Source: a virus | Lineage: Duplodnaviria; Caudoviricetes | DNA length: 64,000 nt | Strand: one strand, 5' to 3' | IMG/VR virus record: IMGVR_UViG_3300012979_000040 | Location: 7,757 to 71,756 of that record | Shown here: one piece after another, positions 59,701 through 64,000 of the stretch | Layout of the letters: every line of letters begins with the position of its first letter | Numbering within the stretch: position 1 is the stretch's first letter | The notes under the pieces: model-generated | Databases searched by the model: none | What the model saw: only the letters and a program-made list of their open reading frames with translations | What the model was told of the DNA's origin: nothing | Translations under genes and position numbers: made by a program

Positions 59701-62700
59701 AGCTTCTTTATTAATAATACCTGTGTCATATTCATATGTGGATTTGTATACAGCAAAGCTTTGACCTTCTTCAGATAAGCTAGTCTTAAGAATGTTTTTC
59801 ATATCTTCTGCATTCTTAGGGGCTCTTGTGAAATCAGCTGGAATATACTCTGCTTCAACTAACATATTATATAACCAAGTAATCTCTTCCATGTTGCTAT
59901 CATCTAACTTAATAGTCAGTGTCTTGTGTTTAGCAACCTCTAATTGATGATCAAGTTGTTTGATTGTAGCTCTTTCAGATGCTTGTCTAGACCATGATTG
60001 TTTTTTATCCATAGTCATTGCTGATGCATCATCTTGTCTAGCTACTTCTTTAGCAGCATCAGATACTTCTTTGTGCACCCAACGTGCCATGTCTATAGTA
60101 ACAACATCACCAGTAAATTTAACAGGTGTGAAGTTTTCTACTTCTCTAAAGAATTCTAATAACTCTTTAGCTCTTGTGTGTATGAAAGAATCGTCTTTAC
60201 CTTTGTAGTTTGCAAGCTTCTTCAACTCTTTTACAAGGAATGATTCACCGGCTTCGTCATCCATCTTTTTAAGATTTGCGTAGCCATCTTGGCCGATAAC
60301 CTCAATCATATCCTTAAAATCTTTTGAGAGCCTATCGGTTGCGTACTGAAAAGAACCTTCTTTAATCTTTTCTGCTTGTAATAGTACATACTTAGTATAT
60401 GCATTAGGATCGATAGGGATCTTATGTGATTCCATATCCGCAATAACTTCTGCCTCTAAGTCTGTTATTTTCTTAGACGCCATCATCTCTGCAGCTATAG
60501 TCTTACTACTGAACCTGTTTGTTTCATTAGTGCTTAGCTGTTTGATTGTTGCATATAATAATGTATATTTTTCTATATCTGTTAAACTGTCTGCTTTCTT
60601 AACATTCTTAAGTGAAAGCTCAGTACTGAATGTATTTCTAAGTTTGTTACCAATAGAACCTTCCTCATCACCGTACTTAGATTCAATAGCCATTAGTAGC
60701 TCAGCTACCTCAAGTTTGTCCATTGCACCTGATTCGATTGTATGAGTGAACACTTGTTCTAGTAGGTCTTTGGTATCTTGTTTAGATAGATTAGCTCCAT
60801 CACCTTCTAGAGTTTTAACTAGTAGGTCTATAGCTTCTATCTTCATATCATATTGCTCTGATGTAACAACTCTACCACTCAAGATATTAATAGCTAAGTT
60901 AACTTTTTGTTGTACGTCCATAGTGAATAATTGACCCATCTTGTTAGCTGGTGCGATCATACCATAAGTATTATCGTCAACTTTGTAGAATAAGTCTGGC
61001 ATTATATCAACAAGAATATTAAATGTAGCTCTTGATGAGTTGTAACCTTTTCTATCTGGAGATTCGTTTTTCAAACGTATGAATTGGCTAGCTGCCAAGA
61101 TGTTCTCTGTAGTAGTGTTGTACTCTTTAGCTTTAGCTTCTGCAGCTTTCTTGGCTTGAGACTTATCTTTTCTCTTCATTTGTTTGTATACAGTGATATC
61201 CTCTTCAGCATCAGTTAGAATCTTTTCGGCGAAATCTATTCTAGCACGAATACGATCTTCTACTTTTTGAGATTCAATAGATCCTGTCATGAATAAATAT
61301 TGATCATATAGTGATCTACCATATGCTTCACCACTAGCTATGCTAGCTTCATAAGCTTTGGCATTCTTATATTTATCACCAAAGAATTTCCTGTATGACC
61401 AAGTGAATAATGATCTTATACCATGACGCTTAGCATCTTTCATCTTTTCATTATATGTGTTCATCCTGTTACGATATACATCATTAGCTATGCTGTTCAT
61501 CTCTTTATAGATGTTTATCATAGCTGGGTCCAAGGTCTCTTTCATAGTACGTCTAACAAGAGGTGACATGTTAGAGTCCCCAGTTCTTAGGCCTTCATCT
61601 AATTGAGACAATGCATATAGTGATCTATCTGCTATAGTAGGATTCTCTAAAGGTTTACCATTCGTGTCTAGAGGTTTTTGGAAATCCTCTAAGAATTTCT
61701 TCCTTACTAGCATATAAGATTGTTGAGCTTTAGGGTTAGTAGTATCTGCTTCTCCTTTATATAGCTCATTCAATGTAGCTTGGTACCACATCTCAGCTTT
61801 CTCACCTGCAATGTTACGGTACTCAACATTAGCTCTTAATGTTGGTAATGTCATGATACCTGCTTGTACTGCTGTTCTTAGGGCTAAGTTCCAGTTGTAG
61901 GTATCCTTCTCACCGTCATCATCAGTATCGATTCTAGCTTTCTCGTTCCATTCGATGCTGCCAGTCTCAGTATTGTAGCCCATGATGTTACCTGTGTACA
62001 TAGTCAATGCATTATCAAGGAAGTCTGCAGCTGTGTTGATACCAACACGCCAGTATGGATTAGATGATGCTCTGAATAATATATTAAGTTTAAGATTTTT
62101 AGATACATCAGCTTTGTTCTTAAATAGGCTGCCCCATCTATCAAGTTGATTATCATCAATACCACCAGATAAGATTAGGGAGATCGCTCCGTTAACAGCT
62201 GCGTTAGTAGCTGCCATCTTGAATATCTCTGTGTGATCTATCTCGAATTGCTCTTTGCCTTCTTTAAATCTTTGATAGTTCATTTGAGCATGATCATTAT
62301 ATAGTTGGTTAACATTATTGTAGAAGTCTTTGAACATGTATACCCCAACTGTCTTAGAGTGATCCAACCATGAACCTAGGGTCTTGGCAGATCTCACTGT
62401 TTGCTTGATACCCTCTTTAGTAGTTAGATCCTTAGCTGCTTGTAGTGGATTCTTGAAGTTACCTGTACTTCTTGAGTATAGAAGACCAGTTTGTTTTAGC
62501 ATCCATCCAGACACTTTGTGTCCGTGCTTCATAAGGTCATCACCCCATGATGCTACTTTACCGAATGCTCCACCAAGCACAATTCCTCCGGTCATCATAC
62601 CGATAGATTCACTAACTGTGTATGCCCACTCCCATCCTTCAGTCTTACCATCTAAGTCAATGTAGCCTGAGTCTAGTAGTCCACCTACATCATTGAACCA

Positions 62701-63690
62701 TCCTCCTACTTGGTTAGTAGTGTTAGCTACGTGCTCGAAGAAGTTCGTTCCTTGTGATGCTTCTGTGAAATAAGTGAACGGGCTAACTATCACCGCTGCT
62801 AGCTGTACGAACATTTTCGGAATGTCAGCGAAGCCTTTAGTGAATGAGCGTCCCATTGTTATCAGCTCGTTGCCATCGTTAAGGTCGATTGCTGTGATCT
62901 GCCCTTTGTCGTTTAGGGTATAGTGAGCTACGTTATCACCACTTGAGTTATTGTCCAATAAGTATAGGCGACCGTTTGTGTGCAAGTAGTATGATTGCGT
63001 ATCTGTGTGGTAGATCCTGTCTAGGGCTGAGATCTGTCCACTGGTAATGAACTCTTCGTAATCGTTTGTTTTGTATGTGTCCTTGATATAACGGGTAAGT
63101 TCTGGGAACAAGGTAGCTATGTCCTTATTAGATAAGTCACCTTTGCCTAGGTAGGTAGTCATTTGACTCTCTGTCACTTTCTTAGTGTACGCATACTCTA
63201 GTTGTGCGTAGTAGTTCTCACGCTCTTGGGCTGCCTTCAGGATTTGTTGATTTAGATAGGGGTCCTCTAGGGGATTAGTGAAATCATGGCTTCTGTACTT
63301 CTGCTCCCACCATCCAGCGTTGCGGATGTCATAGCCGTTTTCTTTTAAAATGTCCACGGCGTACAAGTCTTTAAGATAAGTTGTCTTATCTATCCTGTTT
63401 TCTTCAAGGGCTTGCTTGTACTCGTCACGTCTGTCTAAGAAGATGAATGTGTCTTCTTGTGGGACTGGTGGCATTGATGGATTTTGGGCCTTGAAGTCTT
63501 GGTATGTAGTTGTTGGTTTTAGGTCTTTGTCAAGTAAGTTATGTTTGGAATAAAATTGTTTACGTTCCTCGAAGGGATTCGTGTCTGTCGTGAATCGCTG
63601 TGTTGCAGCGGTTAATGGATCTGTCGGGTTGTTAGTTATGATGTTTTCCATTGCCTCTTCACGGCGTTTTTGAATTTCTTCCCATTGCAT
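47737..63690 (-). CDS. giant (5317 aa) putative virion protein with DEDDh exonuclease and two-barrel RNA polymerase domains
   Basis: single uninterrupted ORF with RBS GAAAGGA; DLES/AYNGDNFE/HSADQD (aa ~2437-2615), NRDFDGD (aa 3029-3035), NNED (aa ~3494) and GKKLAGAGFFKG (aa 3587-3598). Confidence 0.88.
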   Translation of the reverse strand: MQWEEIQKRREEAMENIITNNPTDPLTAATQRFTTDTNPFEERKQFYSKHNLLDKDLKPTTTYQDFKAQNPSMPPVPQEDTFIFLDRRDEYKQALEENRIDKTTYLKDLYAVDILKENGYDIRNAGWWEQKYRSHDFTNPLEDPYLNQQILKAAQERENYYAQLEYAYTKKVTESQMTTYLGKGDLSNKDIATLFPELTRYIKDTYKTNDYEEFITSGQISALDRIYHTDTQSYYLHTNGRLYLLDNNSSGDNVAHYTLNDKGQITAIDLNDGNELITMGRSFTKGFADIPKMFVQLAAVIVSPFTYFTEASQGTNFFEHVANTTNQVGGWFNDVGGLLDSGYIDLDGKTEGWEWAYTVSESIGMMTGGIVLGGAFGKVASWGDDLMKHGHKVSGWMLKQTGLLYSRSTGNFKNPLQAAKDLTTKEGIKQTVRSAKTLGSWLDHSKTVGVYMFKDFYNNVNQLYNDHAQMNYQRFKEGKEQFEIDHTEIFKMAATNAAVNGAISLILSGGIDDNQLDRWGSLFKNKADVSKNLKLNILFRASSNPYWRVGINTAADFLDNALTMYTGNIMGYNTETGSIEWNEKARIDTDDDGEKDTYNWNLALRTAVQAGIMTLPTLRANVEYRNIAGEKAEMWYQATLNELYKGEADTTNPKAQQSYMLVRKKFLEDFQKPLDTNGKPLENPTIADRSLYALSQLDEGLRTGDSNMSPLVRRTMKETLDPAMINIYKEMNSIANDVYRNRMNTYNEKMKDAKRHGIRSLFTWSYRKFFGDKYKNAKAYEASIASGEAYGRSLYDQYLFMTGSIESQKVEDRIRARIDFAEKILTDAEEDITVYKQMKRKDKSQAKKAAEAKAKEYNTTTENILAASQFIRLKNESPDRKGYNSSRATFNILVDIMPDLFYKVDDNTYGMIAPANKMGQLFTMDVQQKVNLAINILSGRVVTSEQYDMKIEAIDLLVKTLEGDGANLSKQDTKDLLEQVFTHTIESGAMDKLEVAELLMAIESKYGDEEGSIGNKLRNTFSTELSLKNVKKADSLTDIEKYTLLYATIKQLSTNETNRFSSKTIAAEMMASKKITDLEAEVIADMESHKIPIDPNAYTKYVLLQAEKIKEGSFQYATDRLSKDFKDMIEVIGQDGYANLKKMDDEAGESFLVKELKKLANYKGKDDSFIHTRAKELLEFFREVENFTPVKFTGDVVTIDMARWVHKEVSDAAKEVARQDDASAMTMDKKQSWSRQASERATIKQLDHQLEVAKHKTLTIKLDDSNMEEITWLYNMLVEAEYIPADFTRAPKNAEDMKNILKTSLSEEGQSFAVYKSTYEYDTGIINKEAAKQIKEKLKDLSVEDIVYNVRVLDPNNDIVARYDYYQMISSNIHINKISSKMQKHMMRNNDAPIYLNPVDLSSFETDSDGVGIFIRKETNKASKSGRSGGLAGQEQTYLTLNDTAKIANANHDIAKSLMICDYIDFVLENAKHGYIAIPIRHKEQLYNLSILGQDGFYEERPSKGVKEGYFTIGLKPWVTREDMEYYILSSDVPNLFKILPFASDDAAQVTTVFQNPEMHKLEFVPDISGGLTTDNRSLYGFANKMFNYDQKQTLRTELINGLFLAAKEGHFSYNPFSKDRLKLTFDKQEDFHAYRELDQLDPETNDPYAILVESYKQLQDNYVSDSENEDHKVWLTDGRVLKRMIKFVQEGKTELSAEDIKTVKDIYSEGYNSYDVSNYNDTGYRRSNISSVGFWGSIPNIDGDTVVSKSLLDNIMGIKYNMTAKDWNPEYVNNTIKNAFKYVQDHMNMLDMNQQVSRNLVKQDTDYKFIFEPSDATSLWIILGATDGKITLEDLDRLYAIEAEAYNEFFEKLNIQGLKGADVKARVDSLYERLMKHVIGEDIGPRIRISSDKKVFAQTGSATNFMDAKEILVKAPLNGKKLLQAINPEQSVSLKKIKNPALSEQAVVDALARNTERFANDYRSEMPATIVDPLTGKSTSVIHDKTSSDYARDDSNYYTQIFSRQMAKDNKLINRDLTSRGAIVDISANINLAKMVSTSVNTQKALVKALKLDMSDNFYASRVKDYIASLVRTTSGIRYTSNYKKFSFFNPAKGTEYESANITKADGNRTHVDLLNTMLGHDDKDFVGKVFINLDKHNADNPDGLTFSYRKFETESDVRNFKNEVILKVLKENEWRLNSVQGSDFFTKLSNLNSKQLQSLMNKIITETITEKDKVDNALEALSKTNIGDAWRALVLPPDYSAGANKYTVEEMLGSARRARDADNEQVRMIASAILYGIDYKLLDPKHRELADAIKEDILASFKPDNPDMYSKLDFTKYNISKILEMEDKFKSGVNISQKDLDHYRTLYGLHSKSTTDEYVTAIKKYLYNHFENPEVLDYLFNKKVPLMARFRNWTQGFNETYKVTTLNGESTIAVEELNKFFNGTGSTIKHVKAVDLESGNLDPNIKDMSNIFQMAVKTYKVVNGKLTEEIKTYFIDHQLSFKDNTKYASSEEKWIAEHVDKKGAFYLKNESYRKALEDYKEHNTQAGTFITKEEAARILKDTEDVDMYIAYNGDNFEFEILKDYLDPKAMRLDAIETVLKREGDTTRSIGQEEEYKRTFSVEHYKEAHSADQDTEDMMELLIDHFSNTKNMVDDRNKLIIDIHKLLPEDLTEAQIAEIYNAVDKAMYTKNLSEARKSFKSYNPTLDNIKKVQRAMNYLKNNTRGSVWLRLMDQLGYNNNSYVKMIVDGNMKYNIIDAIAIESYNTQGDFIKAFDNLYYTYIKQSDDKSLSTFLEKLANKDTETYKILNINSSMLDEDVVKTYRGNLINQLSTGTVGFRKGKINGIPENVATEFVRTRPYIPYLMEVQEMCINNKQQFSEAAMQVFRNMFINNAITIEEGYDESILSEYEERNIYYDDGGVESLASEIKNVLGKNKGTGSFVGLYSMMDSVSPFTNEYIEVDMTTDKAKGKLKNVSTGDIVITRAALKKFFNVYDVETMRASDGNYYLMSITYPADNMNPILPLRVRLVEGDEVTIRFTPETQEILRNRDFDGDHTMTTVLSPDAHKDADGNIVNNGMLEMAPIIYKIMWEPTNLYTRAQARLNKINKNFSVESEEVVRLGTTKEITELSKNLDNILSRVQNEVEIPDSVAKEIKDIEDLMALELEKLYVEQGIALTLGHTTEEEKIKFINKAVKDLSVKETFTNMSHPIRFVNNPALYKNSYTYKARKAMFARQELTKSNILDPTVGTYQKVISYLMAPNKTLEDPLQDLYTPSMYLTKSMSNMIKDNVNSQETLVTFVNDLTANLSRMVNSNKYNDASIQAFKQDYLVNFYKWATNTDEFISKITNDVNKSKAYADFAETVLSQALHDLELFSRNYNNLNDETKAALDRALDLVSKDTTFSDQLERTKLLDEKLAQLTHRKKEISGYAANDTPLSDMLQSELVRSKVSTNLNKPLDVTTSDKLDEVSEGTFNFAKAMEAIQGSMVELVDDDYSPRQNRVNVFVTKGIFNNEDTVGLNTNIGNRNSKIRSFAAKVMPYEGITFIKDKVNGKHVDRVRKGAVIREGQVLGFRDDGSVVKAHNNIVISDVSKKDNAIIYFEETEVVGKKLAGAGFFKGNTAETKISDVDKEGDSFKAANIDLIVDANNATKNWNKYAQGIELLSYFRNAEYVTFKGPDGKPRSGYVLKGVPTNIIGADIDYTPKLDPNDPSHIRSFELMSMSNIMSFMQMARFGSAALKRDKEGRLYIDTSQISKVLDTNKGDHRVAWGDTGSYVMFLRTDALLNSLTDKELEGLFGSYNSPFKTREEYLNNLRYSREKINSYELLEEQYALMRTLGRDRMIKLANSSNVMKFLFSNEIANKLDPTMPSNFSEEFYSNPRSTSSKASGGSEAQILDPKYESVHGKLFNMANKSTNDRTLVQNTILHVPFIEFYRGVTGAYPNTNAILKAIQEGDMGYRQFIPNSASIGTGWTSIDTKMGTLIYDPILNEYVFGGNTKTNLGGEQDIFGIRPQIDEIFTKGSDDYDVFETDNTPTKPTFEGLIGKSIENERLSTGYSPSVRAFYIMSLAMDKNKNSVEKAAEYRGIKGIEVNKLVGQFVNDEGGLNYQRVHHHDIIDPRDYRREINKGTKGYMLRRDITDTISKQEFTNDEVKAFKRSKAIDNAIMDTKQFEEAKQREFEAYEELTKKVRAYTADKSSGFINFTWDLSTNDKLFESRLWTRSGISTDNADQLGVDIGIKNFKSEAEYIQLEYGQKLTALNKMITKAGIGNFEQFAKFRWLTEASKDPKTFEAKLKYMGLSKEEWKAENSKLKLDHDSYVTKHPEIVKAYDEFISNMMYLAGRASQISNEPFDSFHILMAPYVPKDKVARENMILNNLKKISSISKAYDPSSNKNIVEQNMIFNFFEGSEKLIRDMSNVIAAENISNALTGKYTGKALINNVDIVNKAFEIIDAPETFGDLKVYNALDSEITDKVLEITSMYTDLDIYRLRKTSKNGADLILEAYREVRGKAESLRQQLAETSSDGVVSSLSEIYRMANVDQYVNEPTRLLAKETYNAMWAQIMIAQRIIECSSRSSDKLVKYIAGLEKEGYSLVNKFGQKIQRGGSVAPVYDGSLSYLKDNIELSYNSKSDTMFAQYVLEKALSGEIYLARNDLVDQLSSKVYTRKIPGRVMKLFKKISTTSAGIQMALPAKMLSRFLRYTGSDYAMGAISNYDTIPNIARAGKDISQALSSKGKSIPEDLKDYLIREGQPSLWGGTNKDPINFTEDMGTDILSKITDFMTKPLDLQNHLGRYAIYLTAKESFDNGRPWYGSQYYNKNAIDGIKDNRDKAMYIMDYMLGSPGGFPYLSKYTSGIMMFATFPMNLTRTLGSYAMSVGRLFQEGITENNATQWYNTVVMPSLGVVGLSLLSNAIITAVCDMYGVDEETEEEWIEEGVTLDPIGTLIGGTPTVVYDSLNPAYQIKEMYINPLTNEYNDTLAKKGYGWIKANVLSRLNPVLKLPIEIVTGQEMFGDSGDPYQIADPFMSTKQKYQYTNVENGMRKVLGFFTGSGIADNVIDQNKYSKYSDQDTGFLTSLWKGLTKGINSDLGNQKSWKKDTSNYYAFITDMKAFSRGIKGYDYDLDINDMASVDELYYNRHYASQYGSYDVDDFNRVNQTLRKMINGRESSTVVYNYITHEYNDNDVSEATLRAALNNNSIIRKLNTLKEYRQAYINSLTPAEQLKLQQAIEYESEMYPMLEKLFPTETKDVYVPKYKKTYNNNYYGSSYSSYYPYSNIYPGKYYPKTYSYNKKLDRYNDWNLDRVSVHVSPEMGIWSNDYNLTSYDTGVDYKDRSDLEWLR
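52780..53270 (-). other. RNAP beta-like double-psi barrel within the giant protein
   Basis: QNRVNVFVTKGIFNNEDTVGL resembles GQN-x-x-VA...GYNFEDSI; GKKLAGAGFFKG resembles GDKMAGRHGNKG; IDLIVD resembles VDIVLN. Confidence 0.8.
54560..54900 (-). other. RNAP beta-prime-like double-psi barrel with catalytic DxDGD
   Basis: YP...LVEGDEVTIRFTPETQEILRNRDFDGDHTM aligns by eye with P...[26 protein letters not shown]; DFDGD at 54586-54600. Confidence 0.88.
55820..56400 (-). other. DEDDh (DnaQ-like) 3'-5' exonuclease domain within the giant protein
   Basis: ExoI AVDLES (D2437, E2439), ExoII IAYNGDNFE (E2559), ExoIII HSADQD (H2610, D2615). Confidence 0.75.
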
Positions 63691-63719
63691 AATATCGTCC
63701 TTTCTGCTTTCGCAATTAT

Positions 63720-63728
63720 ATTATATCA
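63720..63728 (-). promoter_or_regulatory. extended -10 promoter for the giant gene
   Basis: TGaTATAAT ~30 nt upstream of the start; flanked by a TCGCAA/TTGCGA inverted repeat (63710-15, 63740-45). Confidence 0.55.
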
Positions 63729-63896
63729 TATTTGTTTATTTGCGACTATCTTGTCTAGTTGTGTTTGAGTTACCCATTGACGCTTGCCTTGCTTGTTAGT
63801 TAATAAGTAGCGGGGCTCTTTTCTAGTAAGGTTCGGTTTGATCTCTTTGTAGACCTTACCTTCGTGGATATAGTAGTCCTTGCCGAATGGTATCAT
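63726..63896 (-). CDS. small hypothetical protein (56 aa, MIPFGKDYYIHEGKVYKEIKP...; not in the ORF track)
   Basis: RBS AGGAGGTGA; TGgTATAAT upstream (~63928-36). Confidence 0.7.
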   Translation of the reverse strand: MIPFGKDYYIHEGKVYKEIKPNLTRKEPRYLLTNKQGKRQWVTQTQLDKIVANKQI

Positions 63897-63959
63897 TTGT
63901 TATCACCTCCTGGTTCTCTTAGTACCATTATACCATATTGGTTCTTAAAGTACCACACT

Positions 63960-64000
63960 TTTGGTAACATTTGTTAGCAATTTGGTAACACTTGTTAGCA
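63960..64000. repeat. 21-bp tandem direct repeat, each unit an imperfect palindrome; truncated by the window end
   Basis: TTTGGTAACATTTGTTAGCAA / TTTGGTAACACTTGTTAGCA. Confidence 0.75.

Noticed and set aside
1-64000. Stop-codon reassignment or genetic code 4
   Set aside because: Long ORFs, including the 16-kb one, are intact in the standard code, and TAA, TAG and TGA all end genes
1-64000. Temperate module (integrase, repressor switch, att site)
   Set aside because: No recombinase motifs found; lifestyle cannot be settled because the window may not be the whole genome

Overview
The window is most of an AT-rich (about 30% GC by eye) tailed-phage genome, probably a podovirus infecting a Gram-positive Bacillota host. 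Support for the host: sigma-A-type TTGACA-17-TATAAT promoters, an M23/Cpl-7 endolysin and the standard genetic code. Layout: (1) a + strand block of small genes at 1-6749, including a PemK-fold gene, an HEXXH-VWA protein and a short SSB; (2) a - strand block at 6733-15134 with GroEL, MazG-like, GroES and two paralogous putative ejection proteins; (3) a lone + strand TerS-like gene; (4) a 280-bp convergent intergenic region that appears to hold three promoter-terminator small-RNA units, one with a 16-nt segment perfectly antisense to the RBS/start of a + strand gene; (5) - strand replication genes (primase-helicase, SSB, Sak4-like ATPase, PD-(D/E)XK nuclease, family A polymerase, SNF2) with a 211-nt rod-like structured element among them; (6) lysis, tail, capsid, portal and TerL genes; (7) a 5317-aa protein. 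By motif inspection this giant protein carries a DEDDh exonuclease domain, a beta-prime-like barrel (NRDFDGD) and then a beta-like barrel (NNED...GKKLAGAGFFKG), so it is a candidate virion-delivered two-barrel RNA polymerase with its barrels in reversed order. All calls come from reading motifs by eye; no database searches or folding programs were run. No integrase, CRISPR array, tRNA or reverse transcriptase was seen.
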